Source of the DNA: Candidatus Woesebacteria bacterium
GTDB lineage: Bacteria > Patescibacteriota > Microgenomatia > UBA12405
Reading direction: 5' to 3'
DNA length: 64,000 nt
Assembly (NCBI GenBank): GCA_035402805.1
Contig: DAONDY010000001.1
Coordinates: 13,697-77,696, forward strand
The notes beneath the pieces are model-generated. The model was not told the DNA's origin. It saw only the letters and a list, made by a program, of their open reading frames with translations, and did no database searches. A program made the position numbers and the translations under genes. Of this stretch, positions 1 through 8,949 are shown in pieces. The stretch's first letter is position 1. Every line of letters starts with the position of its first letter.

Positions 1-2
1 TC

Positions 3-368
3 AATGATTCCATAAAATCTCTTAAACCTGGAAAATTATTAAACGATTGTGTTGGTAAAATTATTGAACCGATTGCCAAGAAAAATGGTTATAGTGTTGT
101 TCGTGAACTTGGCGGTCATGGGGTCGGAATTAGCTTTCATGAAGATCCATTCATTTTTCATTTCAACACTAATCAGGAAAAAGTAATTTTAAAAGAGGGA
201 ATGATTTTTACTATTGAGCCAATGATTAATGCCTCTTCAAACTATAGAATAACTCTTGATCGACACGATAATTGGACCATTCGTACCTTAGACGGTTCAT
301 TGTCGGCTCAGTTTGAACACACTGTCCTAATTACTAAAAATGGTTATGAAGTATTAACAACTTTATAA
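3..368 (+). CDS. map: Methionine aminopeptidase type I, C-terminal part (5' end lies outside the window)
   Basis: Frame-3 translation ...HGVGISFHEDPFIF...GMIFTIEPMINASSNYRITLDRHDNWTIRTLDGSLSAQFEHTVLITKNGYEVLTTL*, the typical MetAP-I C-terminus. Stop TAA at 366-368. Absent from the ORF track because it has no in-window start. Confidence 0.8.
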   Translation, partial: NDSIKSLKPGKLLNDCVGKIIEPIAKKNGYSVVRELGGHGVGISFHEDPFIFHFNTNQEKVILKEGMIFTIEPMINASSNYRITLDRHDNWTIRTLDGSLSAQFEHTVLITKNGYEVLTTL

Positions 369-411
369 CTTTAAAAACTTTATAACTTTAAAAACTTTAT
401 AACTTGATAAA
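361..411. repeat. Tandem repeat, 3 x 17 bp (CTTTATAACTTTAAAAA; third copy has 2 substitutions), spanning the map stop and the folD upstream region
   Basis: Read directly: units at 361-377, 378-394, 395-411. Each unit carries a TATAAC -10-like hexamer. Confidence 0.8.
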
Positions 412-418
412 CTAACTT

Positions 419-1258
419 ATGATGATTCTTGACGGAAAAACTCTATCCCAAAAAATAATTGATGATTTATCATTAGAGATTAGAAATCTAAATTTACACC
501 CAGTTCTAGATATCATCATTGTTGGTGATGACCCATCTAGTCAGAAATATGTCCAATTAAAACAAAAAAGAGCCGAATCAATTGGTATCAATGGCACCGT
601 CCATCAGTTAAATCAAAACGCTACCACACAAGAGGTTATCTCTTTAATAGAAAAATTAAATCAAGATAAAAATGTTTCCGCTTTTATGGTCCAATTACCG
701 CTTCCACCTCAAATTGATACTCCAAAAGTTTTATCTAAAATTGACCCCGACAAAGACGCTGATGGTTTAAATCCTTTTAATCTTGGCCTCCTTTTTCAGA
801 AAAAATCTACCGGAAGTGCTCCGGCAACTGCTTGCGGAATAATAAGATTATTAGAAGAATATCAAATTGATATTGGCGGTAAAAATGCGGTTATAATCGG
901 TCGAAGTTCAGAAGTATCTATCCCATTATTTGCCTTATTATTAGGTAAAAATGCTACAGTAACCATTTGTCATTCGCATACTGAAAACCTTCAAGAAATT
1001 TGCAAAAAAGCTGACATTATAATTTCCGCTATTGGCAAACCGAAGTTTTTAACAAAAGATTTTATCAAGGACCAAGCCATTGTTATTGATGTTGGTTTTG
1101 GAATTGATAAAAATGGTCAAGTTTCCGGTGATTTTGATTTTGATGAAGTGTCGAAAATTGCAGAGTTTATTACCCCAGTTCCCGGCGGTGTCGGCCCTAT
1201 GACCATTGCTAGTCTTTTATATAATACGGTTCAAATTGCTAAAAATCAAAATTTATAA
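419..1258 (+). CDS. folD: Bifunctional methylenetetrahydrofolate dehydrogenase/cyclohydrolase
   Basis: 279 aa. N-terminal MILDGKTLSQKI..., Rossmann GRSxxVSxPL, and C-terminal PVPGGVGPMTIA are FolD hallmarks. Confidence 0.9.
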   Translation: MMILDGKTLSQKIIDDLSLEIRNLNLHPVLDIIIVGDDPSSQKYVQLKQKRAESIGINGTVHQLNQNATTQEVISLIEKLNQDKNVSAFMVQLPLPPQIDTPKVLSKIDPDKDADGLNPFNLGLLFQKKSTGSAPATACGIIRLLEEYQIDIGGKNAVIIGRSSEVSIPLFALLLGKNATVTICHSHTENLQEICKKADIIISAIGKPKFLTKDFIKDQAIVIDVGFGIDKNGQVSGDFDFDEVSKIAEFITPVPGGVGPMTIASLLYNTVQIAKNQNL

Positions 1259-1269
1259 TATAAATACCT

Positions 1270-1464
1270 ATGAGTTTAAAAGAAATGCTTATTCCACTAC
1301 CACCTCTTTCTGAAGATGAAGGTAAACTTGATTCAAGTTTTTTTAAACCAATAAATTCTGTTTCAGAAACATTACCTGGAGTAGTTACTCCAGATTGTGT
1401 CTATGCTACTAATTTATCTGCTTCCAAAAAAATATTGGAAACTATAACAGAAAAAAATCAATAA
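1270..1464 (+). CDS. Hypothetical small protein
   Basis: 64-aa ORF in an intergenic slot. No recognisable domain. Confidence 0.25.
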   Translation: MSLKEMLIPLPPLSEDEGKLDSSFFKPINSVSETLPGVVTPDCVYATNLSASKKILETITEKNQ

Positions 1465-1541
1465 TTTTACAAAAAGGAAATTACAGATCTTCTTCAGGCG
1501 CCTCATATATTTACATATGGCAATAATTGTTATAATTACTT

Positions 1542-1778
1542 ATGAAAATCCAACTTTACGATCGAGGCACCCCTCAAGGTAAACAGCTGTTTTCTAATAT
1601 TGAAGAAGTCTGTAGAAGACTTCAAATTGATTATGATCCAGAATATGTCAAAGACATGTCCAAAGTTATTAGTATGGGTCTTCAGGGTAAAACAATCCTC
1701 TTAATTGATGGTGAAGTTGCTTTTATGGACAAATATCCATCAGTCAAAGAACTTGAAACCATTATTTCAGAGTTTTAA
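1542..1778 (+). CDS. Thioredoxin-fold protein (Thioredoxin_3 / MTH895-like) lacking the CXXC active site
   Basis: 78 aa. MKIQLYDRG...KTILLIDGEVAFMDKYPSVKELETIISEF matches the MKIxVLGxGCxKC...TPALVIDG...G.xP architecture of redox-active disulfide protein 2, but GCxKC is replaced by RGTPQGKQ. Confidence 0.45.
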   Translation: MKIQLYDRGTPQGKQLFSNIEEVCRRLQIDYDPEYVKDMSKVISMGLQGKTILLIDGEVAFMDKYPSVKELETIISEF

Positions 1779-1782
1779 AAAC

Positions 1783-1995
1783 ATGCTTAAAACATTTAGA
1801 AAATTTATTCAACGTCGACCACATTTAAATGCTATTTTGGAAATTTTAGGTGCCATTATTATTTGGTGGGGAGTATGGGGAATTCTCGATCTTTTTATTT
1901 TTCCAGAAAATCGAATTATAAGTTATTTAACTTGCATCATTTTTGGATTTTTATTACTTTTGCTTAATGGTAGTGGTCTAGACGATATTAAATAA
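1783..1995 (+). CDS. Small hydrophobic membrane protein (hypothetical)
   Basis: The track ORF 1705..1995 overlaps the previous gene by 74 nt. An internal ATG at 1783 (MLKTFRKF...) starts right after the upstream stop. Two predicted TM helices. Confidence 0.3.
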   Translation: MLKTFRKFIQRRPHLNAILEILGAIIIWWGVWGILDLFIFPENRIISYLTCIIFGFLLLLLNGSGLDDIK

Positions 1996-2697
1996 TTTCT
2001 TTGCATTTTCATCAATTATTTTTTCTGTTTCTTTAAAACTTATTTCCCAAATTTCTGCCACTTTTTTGTAAATATATTCCACATTTTTTGGACTATTAAC
2101 TTCTCCTTTAAATGGCACTGGTGTTAAATAAGGTGAATCAGTTTCTAAAACAAGTCTGTCTTTAGGTATATTTTTTATTACTTCTTCCAATCCAACTTCA
2201 TAAGTCAAGTTTCCATCAATTCCAAAATACCAATTTTCTCCTAATTCTAATATTTTTTTAATTCTCTTAATTCCCCCAGCATAACAATGAAAAACACCGG
2301 TCAAATTTTTGTATTCCTTTAATATTTCCACCACTTCATCAACTGCTTTTCTGGCATGAATGATTAATGGTAATTTATATTTTTTTGCCAATTCTATTTG
2401 TTTTTTAAAAACAATGATTTGTCTTTCCTTATCAAATTTTTGCGAAAAATCTAATCCACATTCACCAATCGCTGTAATTTTTTTACAGTTTTTCTTAATT
2501 ATTTTTTCCAGTTCAGCAGGGGATTCCTGGCTCTCCATTGGGTGGATACCTACACTTACCAATAATTTTTCACTACATTTTTCAACTAAAATAAGGTTAT
2601 TTTTTGAACTAGCTATATTTGATGCAGCTAAAATGATTTTATCAACTCCCTTATCAATGTCGCACAATGTTTCTAGGTGTGCATGAGTATCTATCAT
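1978..2697 (-). CDS. tatD: TatD-family metal-dependent hydrolase (DNase)
   Basis: 239 aa. MIDTHAHLE N-terminus, then GECGLD and HxxxxD motifs typical of TatD. Confidence 0.85.
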   Translation of the reverse strand: MIDTHAHLETLCDIDKGVDKIILAASNIASSKNNLILVEKCSEKLLVSVGIHPMESQESPAELEKIIKKNCKKITAIGECGLDFSQKFDKERQIIVFKKQIELAKKYKLPLIIHARKAVDEVVEILKEYKNLTGVFHCYAGGIKRIKKILELGENWYFGIDGNLTYEVGLEEVIKNIPKDRLVLETDSPYLTPVPFKGEVNSPKNVEYIYKKVAEIWEISFKETEKIIDENAKKLFNIV

Positions 2698-2698
2698 C

Positions 2699-4105
2699 TT
2701 ATTTTATTCTTGGAAATAATGGTTCACCCAAAGTTTTTACTTCATTTTTAAAACAATTTTCTATCTTTTGGGCCACTTTCGGCATTAAGATTTGTAAGTG
2801 GAAAGCAGCACTTTGAATGTTTTTGATACATTCATTTAAAACAGCAATTCTCTCTGGATTTTCTTTTTCCAGTTTCCATGGAGTAGTTTGATTTAGTTTT
2901 AAATTTGAACTATCAATCCATTTTTCAAAAACCAAAGCAAATGCTTCATCTAACTTGAGATCGTTTATTAAATTTTCAAATTCATCATCAAAATTAATCT
3001 TTTCCTCTTCTATTTTTTGACCTTCAGCTAATTTTGCTACTCTCGATACTAAATTTCCCAGATTATTAGCTAAATCGGCGTTAAATTTTTCTTTAAATCG
3101 GTCTATTCCCACATCAGAGTCTCTTTCTGTAGGAAAAGATCTGGCGATTAAATATTTACTCCCCTCCGTCCCAAATAGATCGACTAATTGTTGGGGTGAA
3201 ATTACATTCCCCAACGACTTAGACATTTTTTGGCCATCAATCATATAAAAACTATGAACATAAGTTTTTTTCGGCAGTGAAATTCCCGCTGATAACAACA
3301 TCGCTTGCCAGATAACAGTGTGAAACCATAAAATTTCTTTTCCTAATAAATGTAAATCAGCCGGCCAAAAATCATTTTTATCGTCCAAAAACTGGGTTGC
3401 ACTATAATAGTTAATTAAAGCATCAAACCACACGTAAACTGTTTGATTTTTATCCCAAGGTGTTGGGATTCCCCACTCCACATTTTCTCGAGAAATCGAG
3501 ATATCCTTCACTCCAGATTTTAGTTTTGCCAATATTTCGGCCTTTTTACCATCAGGGAAAATATAGTTAGTTTCTTCATTTTCAATCAATTCAATAATTT
3601 TAGGGACATATTTACTTAACTTAAAAAACCAATTTTCTTCACTTTTAAAAACAGTTTTTTCTTTCGGATGAAGTCCGCAATGACCATCAACCAATTCTGT
3701 TTCAGTTAAAAACTTTTCACAACCGATACAATATAAACCCTCATATTTAGCTTTATAAACATCACTCTTGTCATAAATTTTTTGTAAAACTTCGGCCACT
3801 ATTTTTTCATGTCTAGGGTCAGTTGTTCTGATAAAGAAATCAAAACTAATATCCAAATTTTTCCAGGCTTCTTCAAATCTTGGTGAAATTTTATCGCAAT
3901 ATTCTTTAACTTCTAAACCTTCTTTTTTCGCCGTTTCCGCCACTTTTTGTCCATGTTCATCGGTTCCAGTTAAAAAGAAAACATCCTCTCCTTTGGCTCG
4001 GTGCAATCTAGCTACAACATCAGCCGCCACAGTCGTACATGTATGACCGATATGGGGAATGTCATTGATGTAATAAATTGGAGTTGTAACAAAAAATTTC
4101 TTCAT
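2699..4105 (-). CDS. metG: Methionyl-tRNA synthetase
   Basis: 468 aa. HIGH motif (PHIGHTCT) and KMSKS (KMSKSLGN), class I MetRS. Stop is adjacent to the tatD start, so probably one operon. Confidence 0.9.
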   Translation of the reverse strand: MKKFFVTTPIYYINDIPHIGHTCTTVAADVVARLHRAKGEDVFFLTGTDEHGQKVAETAKKEGLEVKEYCDKISPRFEEAWKNLDISFDFFIRTTDPRHEKIVAEVLQKIYDKSDVYKAKYEGLYCIGCEKFLTETELVDGHCGLHPKEKTVFKSEENWFFKLSKYVPKIIELIENEETNYIFPDGKKAEILAKLKSGVKDISISRENVEWGIPTPWDKNQTVYVWFDALINYYSATQFLDDKNDFWPADLHLLGKEILWFHTVIWQAMLLSAGISLPKKTYVHSFYMIDGQKMSKSLGNVISPQQLVDLFGTEGSKYLIARSFPTERDSDVGIDRFKEKFNADLANNLGNLVSRVAKLAEGQKIEEEKINFDDEFENLINDLKLDEAFALVFEKWIDSSNLKLNQTTPWKLEKENPERIAVLNECIKNIQSAAFHLQILMPKVAQKIENCFKNEVKTLGEPLFPRIK

Positions 4106-4123
4106 TAACCTTATTTTCGCACA

Positions 4124-4402
4124 TTACTTGGTTTTTTTCTTAGTCACTTTTTTTACACTACCACCGACAACTTTTTTGGAATATTGACCTTTAAGTCGGT
4201 CAGATTTATTTTTATGAAAAATATTCTTTTTTACCGCCTTATCTAATATAGAATAAACTTCTTTTAAACCATCATTAGTTGGTTTAGTCAAAAACTTTTT
4301 AACAATAGTTTTCAACTGATTTTTAAAAGAAACATTATCCTTATGATTTTTTAAGGACTTTCTTAGTGATTTTTTTGCAGATAGACTGATTGGCATGAGC
4401 AT
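4124..4402 (-). CDS. rpsT: 30S ribosomal protein S20
   Basis: 92 aa, strongly basic. MPISLSAKKSLRKSLKNHKDNVSFKNQLKT is the S20 N-terminus. Confidence 0.8.
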   Translation of the reverse strand: MLMPISLSAKKSLRKSLKNHKDNVSFKNQLKTIVKKFLTKPTNDGLKEVYSILDKAVKKNIFHKNKSDRLKGQYSKKVVGGSVKKVTKKKTK

Positions 4403-4472
4403 TATTTTATCTTATCTTTTACCTATTTACAACCATGTATAATCTGGTCGATAATCAGATATAATTCAAATC

Positions 4473-6086
4473 ATGACCTTAAAAGAAAGGATTCAGTTTA
4501 TAAGTCAAAAAAAACAAAATACCATTTTATCTGCCTCTCTGGTTTTAGGTGTCACTTTTGCCCTTTCTTCAATTCTAGGACTGCTTAGAAACCGTTTTCT
4601 TTATTCCAAATTTTTTTCCTGTTGCGTCGCCCAACTTGACGTTTATAATGCTGCTTTTCGTCTTCCAGATTTAATTTTTAAACTTTTGGTTACTGGTGTT
4701 TTATCAGCCTCTTTTATACCTGTTTTTTCCAGTTATTTACACAAAAATAAAAAAACTGCCGAGCAGGTTGCTTCAACGGTTATTAATCTTCTTTTAATTG
4801 CTTTTTCTGTTATTTCCATAATTGCCTTTATCTTTATTAAACCAATTTCTGCCTTAATTGCCGCCGGTTTTTCGCCAGATCAACTAGATTTGATGTCTAA
4901 TCTTAGTCGAATTTTACTTATCGCTCAAATATTTTTTCTTCTTAGTAATTTTGTTACTGCCATTCTTCAGGTCAATCAAATTTTTATCATTCCAGCACTC
5001 ACTCCCCTTGTCTACAATTTTTTCATCATTATCAGTATTTTTACCTTAGCTCCACTTTTTGGCATTTATGGTGTGGCCGTTGGTGCCGTTGTCGGTGCTT
5101 TTTTTCATCTAGCCATTCAAATTCCGGTTCTTCGTCGCCAAGGTTTTGTTTATTACCCCATAATTAAAACAAAGTTGAGTGGTGTTAAAGAGATTTTTCG
5201 CCTAATGATTCCTAGAATTTTATCCTTAGGTTTGGGTGAAATTGAAAATACAGTTACCTTATTTTTTGCCAGTACTCTAGCCTCCGGATCTATTTCTCTT
5301 CTAAATTTAGCTCTTCAATTTATGTATTTACCTAGTCGTATTTTTGGCACCACTGTTGGCCAGGCTTCACTACCAATTCTTTCCAAAAACATAGCCAAAA
5401 ATGAATTAGAAACATTTAGAAATACCGTTCACAAGATCATAACCCAAAGTTTATTTATAGCCGTACCAATCAGTGTTTTGATTTTGGTTGAAAGAGTCTC
5501 TATTATTAGACTTTTATATGGTTCTCGAGAATTTCCTTGGACGGCTACCATCCTGACTTCAAAAATCTTAGCTTTTTTGGTTCCCGGTATTATTTGCCAA
5601 GCCATAATTCAAATTTTAATCAGATCATTTTATGCCCTTCATAACACTAAAATTCCATTTTTTATCTCCATGACTTCCTTAGCCGCAAATATTATTACTA
5701 GTTATTGTTTTATTAACTTTACTAATCTTGGTGTTATTGGATTAGCAATTAGTGCTTCAATTGGTAATTTAATTCAACTTTTCGGTCTATTATTCACGTT
5801 TATTAAAGTTGTAGATGGATTTAATTGGCTAGTTATGTTTGTCAAATTTTATAAAATATCCATCTCTTCAATATTAATGGGTATTAGCAGTTGGTTGTCT
5901 ATTAAATTTTTAGATCTTTTTATTTTAGACACCACCCACGTTATCCCCGTTTTAACTTTAACTATTATTTCTTCATTTATAGGCTTAATTACCTATGTTT
6001 TTTCTGCTAACTTTTTGCATCTTGAAGAAATTAAAGACTACCGAAAATATTATTTAAGATTTAAGGATTTTATTTTCCATAAATAG
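4473..6086 (+). CDS. murJ: Lipid II flippase MurJ/MviN
   Basis: 537 aa polytopic membrane protein (~14 TM). MurJ-like N-terminus (LVLGVTFALSSILGLLRNRFL) and conserved R/D positions. Confidence 0.8.
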   Translation: MTLKERIQFISQKKQNTILSASLVLGVTFALSSILGLLRNRFLYSKFFSCCVAQLDVYNAAFRLPDLIFKLLVTGVLSASFIPVFSSYLHKNKKTAEQVASTVINLLLIAFSVISIIAFIFIKPISALIAAGFSPDQLDLMSNLSRILLIAQIFFLLSNFVTAILQVNQIFIIPALTPLVYNFFIIISIFTLAPLFGIYGVAVGAVVGAFFHLAIQIPVLRRQGFVYYPIIKTKLSGVKEIFRLMIPRILSLGLGEIENTVTLFFASTLASGSISLLNLALQFMYLPSRIFGTTVGQASLPILSKNIAKNELETFRNTVHKIITQSLFIAVPISVLILVERVSIIRLLYGSREFPWTATILTSKILAFLVPGIICQAIIQILIRSFYALHNTKIPFFISMTSLAANIITSYCFINFTNLGVIGLAISASIGNLIQLFGLLFTFIKVVDGFNWLVMFVKFYKISISSILMGISSWLSIKFLDLFILDTTHVIPVLTLTIISSFIGLITYVFSANFLHLEEIKDYRKYYLRFKDFIFHK

Positions 6087-6103
6087 TCGTATATACTGGA
6101 TAT

Positions 6104-6688
6104 ATGGCTGTAAAAAAAGAGATTTCTCTTTTACCTGAATCTGAAAATCCGAGATCTTTTGGAGCTCGCTTTTTTAAATGGATTACTACCACCGGCAGAG
6201 TTACCATAATTTTAACCGAACTAGTTGTCATTTCTGTTTTTATATCTCGATTTTGGTTGGATCGTAAAAATTCTGACCTTTCAGAAGTTGTTCGTCAAAA
6301 ACAAGCAATTTTAGAAAGTATCGTCCCCTTTGAAACTGAATTCGTCCAATTACAACAAAGATTAAATTATATTAAAGATTTCTATTCTAATCAGCCAGAA
6401 TACAGTAATCAAATTAATTCTCTAATAGTTAGTACTCCAGAAGACTTATTTTACGAGAGTCTCTCAGTTTCTAAAGATGAAAAGTTGAAGTCAACCGTTA
6501 TAAACACCTCTCTGGTTGCCTACAAAGAAGAAAGTATTGTTAATTTTATTACCAATTTAATGCTAAATTCGGATATTGATCAGGTTGATGTCAATAAAAT
6601 CGAGAAAAAAGAAAAGGAGAATAAATATTCTGTATCGTTAACTTTATTTTTTAAACCAACTAAGGCCAAAGTTGTTAGTAAAATATGA
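6104..6688 (+). CDS. PilN-like type IV pilus assembly protein (single-pass membrane protein)
   Basis: 194 aa. N-terminal ISLLPE resembles the INLLP motif of PilN, followed by one TM and a soluble domain. Overlaps the next gene by 4 nt. Confidence 0.3.
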   Translation: MAVKKEISLLPESENPRSFGARFFKWITTTGRVTIILTELVVISVFISRFWLDRKNSDLSEVVRQKQAILESIVPFETEFVQLQQRLNYIKDFYSNQPEYSNQINSLIVSTPEDLFYESLSVSKDEKLKSTVINTSLVAYKEESIVNFITNLMLNSDIDQVDVNKIEKKEKENKYSVSLTLFFKPTKAKVVSKI

Positions 6689-7311
6689 TCGACACTAAAA
6701 ATTGGTTTCAGCTTAGACCGATGTATAGCTATATTAGAAAACAAGCTGAAAATGAAAAATTTTTAAAATATTTGGAAATTGGAGGGACATTCACTTTAAT
6801 TACCATTTTCTTGTTCTTTACCATTATGCCTACTATGGTTGCTATCTCTTCATTAATTGGAGAAATTAAATCCAAAGAGGCTTTTATTAAAAAAGTTAAT
6901 TTAAAAATTTCTAATGTTATTAAAGCCCAAGAGTCTTATTCTCAAGTTCAGGAAAAATATTCTTTAATTGAAGATAGTTTTCCTACTCTTGGCCAGTATT
7001 ACAAAGGTACATCCAATTTGGCAACCATTTTTAAACAATCATCATTAGACATAAATCAAATTAGTTTAAATCTAGACAAAGACGATAAAGATAATAAAGA
7101 TCAATTTTTTGATTCTTACGAAGTTAATGTCAGTGGTGAAGGTCAATATTCTTCAATTTTAGAGATGGTTAAAAAAATATTTGATAACCGTCGATTAGTT
7201 GATACCATTAGTATTAAAATTAATCAGGTGCCAGATCAAAATAATTCAAGAAATATTAAGGTTAATTTATCTAGCGATTTATATTATTTACCAAATAATG
7301 AAAAAAAATAA
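6685..7311 (+). CDS. PilO-like type IV pilus assembly protein
   Basis: 208 aa: cytoplasmic N-terminus, one TM, a coiled-coil stretch, then C-terminal YEVNVSGEGQYSSILEMVKKIFDNRRLVDTISI...IKVNL, as in PilO. Confidence 0.4.
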   Translation: MIDTKNWFQLRPMYSYIRKQAENEKFLKYLEIGGTFTLITIFLFFTIMPTMVAISSLIGEIKSKEAFIKKVNLKISNVIKAQESYSQVQEKYSLIEDSFPTLGQYYKGTSNLATIFKQSSLDINQISLNLDKDDKDNKDQFFDSYEVNVSGEGQYSSILEMVKKIFDNRRLVDTISIKINQVPDQNNSRNIKVNLSSDLYYLPNNEKK

Positions 7312-7603
7312 AATTAGTTTATATTTTATATTTATATCTTTTCTTACTTTTGTAACAGTTTTTGTTTCTATTGTTCAAAAAAGTTATTTTAATTTTAAAA
7401 AACCGCAAGCATTAGTTGAAAATAATAGCTTATTAAAAGAAATAAACCCTAACTTAGATTTATCCGTTATCTCCACTATCGAATCTAAAAATAAAAACAT
7501 TGAAGAACCTTTTGATTTCTCTATTATTAAATCAAACAAAAAAGAAGATAATTCTAATCAAATAAGCACCTCTGCCGGTGCTTTAAATAAACCTACACCT
7601 TAA
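7298..7603 (+). CDS. Small single-TM protein (hypothetical; possible pilus assembly accessory or minor component)
   Basis: Track ORF 7199..7603 trimmed to the internal start MKKNKISLYFIFISF... N-terminal TM. Stop overlaps the start of the next gene (ATG at 7603). Confidence 0.3.
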   Translation: MKKNKISLYFIFISFLTFVTVFVSIVQKSYFNFKKPQALVENNSLLKEINPNLDLSVISTIESKNKNIEEPFDFSIIKSNKKEDNSNQISTSAGALNKPTP

Positions 7604-8904
7604 TGTTAAAAGAAAAAAAGATACCAACTATACTAGGACTTCTTATTTTGACTGGAGCTGTTTTTGCCGGCGCTGTTTTAACTAATAAAAGTACTGATTT
7701 TACATCTAGAGCCAGTGGCGATTGTAAACCCATAAATCCTCAAGTTACTAATATAACTAACAATTCTGCTTCAATCTCTTTTCTCACCGAATCATCATGC
7801 TTATCTTCGTTATCTATCAACAATCAAACCATTAATAACAACGCTGTTTTAAACAGTGATCAAAAAAGCAAAATACATTATTTTGATGTCGCCAATCTAG
7901 ATAGCTCAACTAAATATGAGTTTTCATTAATTAATGACGGCAAGACCTACAAAAATTCTTTATACAAATTTGAGACAGCTTTAGATCCAAACGGTTTAAT
8001 CCCTTCATCTAATTTAGCCTGGGGTCGTGTTTTTACACCAGAATTAAAAGCTGCTAGTAAAGTCATGGTTTTTATTAATATTCCTAATGCATCACCATTA
8101 TCTGCTTTAGTAACCACTTCTGGTAATTGGAATATTTCTTTAGCTAATAGTTTCAACGAGTCAAGAACCGACAGGTTTACTCCATCTGATAACATTTCAG
8201 AAGAAATTATTGTCATTGATCAAGAAAAACAAATTACTCAAATCAACGCCAACACCTCTCAAAATGATCCCACGCCAGATATAATTTTAGGTCAAAACCA
8301 ATTTTCTTCGTTACCAGTTACTTTCAACGCTGAAACCAATACCGGTTCATTATCCTCAATTACTCCTGTTCCAAATTCTAAAGAGTTAGATATTCTAAAT
8401 CCTCAAAATGACGAATCTATTTCAACCAAAAAGCCAGATTTTTTTGGTACTGGTCCAAGTAAATCCACCATTAAAATAGAAATTCATTCTTCAACTGTTT
8501 ATAGTGGAGAAGTTATTGTTAATGACGATGGTTCTTGGAATTGGTCTCCTCCTTCAGACTTAGCCCCAGGGGAACACACCATTACCGTTACCTTAAAAGA
8601 TAATGGTCTTGAAAAAATTATTTCCAAAAAATTTACAGTTTTAGCCACTGACAGTAATCTTTCTTATTCGGCTTCGCCCTCAGCCATAACTGTTACTCCT
8701 ACAATTTCTAGTGCTCCCACTCCAACTAGCACTCTTGCCCCCACCGTTACCCCTACCCCCACTTTAGTCCCAACAATTCGTACTAGTAAACCCAGCACCA
8801 GTTCTGGAGTTCCAGTTACCGGTAATTTAATTCCAACCGTTGGTTTGATTTTACTTTCGTCATCATTTATCGGCTTTTCTTTTCTCTCTTTTAAGAAAAA
8901 ATAA
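7603..8904 (+). CDS. Secreted Ser/Thr/Pro-rich surface protein with a C-terminal cell-wall-sorting-like signal (VPVTG + hydrophobic + KKK)
   Basis: 433 aa. N-terminal signal/TM, an FN3-like segment, a low-complexity T/P/S linker, and C-terminal VPVTGNLIPTVGLILLSSSFIGFSFLSFKKK. Confidence 0.5.
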   Translation: MLKEKKIPTILGLLILTGAVFAGAVLTNKSTDFTSRASGDCKPINPQVTNITNNSASISFLTESSCLSSLSINNQTINNNAVLNSDQKSKIHYFDVANLDSSTKYEFSLINDGKTYKNSLYKFETALDPNGLIPSSNLAWGRVFTPELKAASKVMVFINIPNASPLSALVTTSGNWNISLANSFNESRTDRFTPSDNISEEIIVIDQEKQITQINANTSQNDPTPDIILGQNQFSSLPVTFNAETNTGSLSSITPVPNSKELDILNPQNDESISTKKPDFFGTGPSKSTIKIEIHSSTVYSGEVIVNDDGSWNWSPPSDLAPGEHTITVTLKDNGLEKIISKKFTVLATDSNLSYSASPSAITVTPTISSAPTPTSTLAPTVTPTPTLVPTIRTSKPSTSSGVPVTGNLIPTVGLILLSSSFIGFSFLSFKKK

Positions 8905-8949
8905 TTCTGTTCTTAGGCTAAACATTTTTAGTGGTATGATAGTATATCG

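Noticed and set aside
1705-1782. 5' extension of ORF 1705..1995 overlapping the thioredoxin-like gene by 74 nt
   Set aside because: An internal ATG at 1783 removes the overlap. The extension is probably a read-through frame.
2360-2686. Antisense or embedded ORFs inside confident genes (e.g. 2360..2686, 7947..8216, 12440..12640, 16626..16808, 21052..21264, 34248..34783, 35920..36225, 50123..50680, 57284..58467)
   Set aside because: They lie wholly within, and opposite or out of frame to, strongly supported genes. They have low-complexity or unusual composition and no motifs, so they are typical spurious ORFs.
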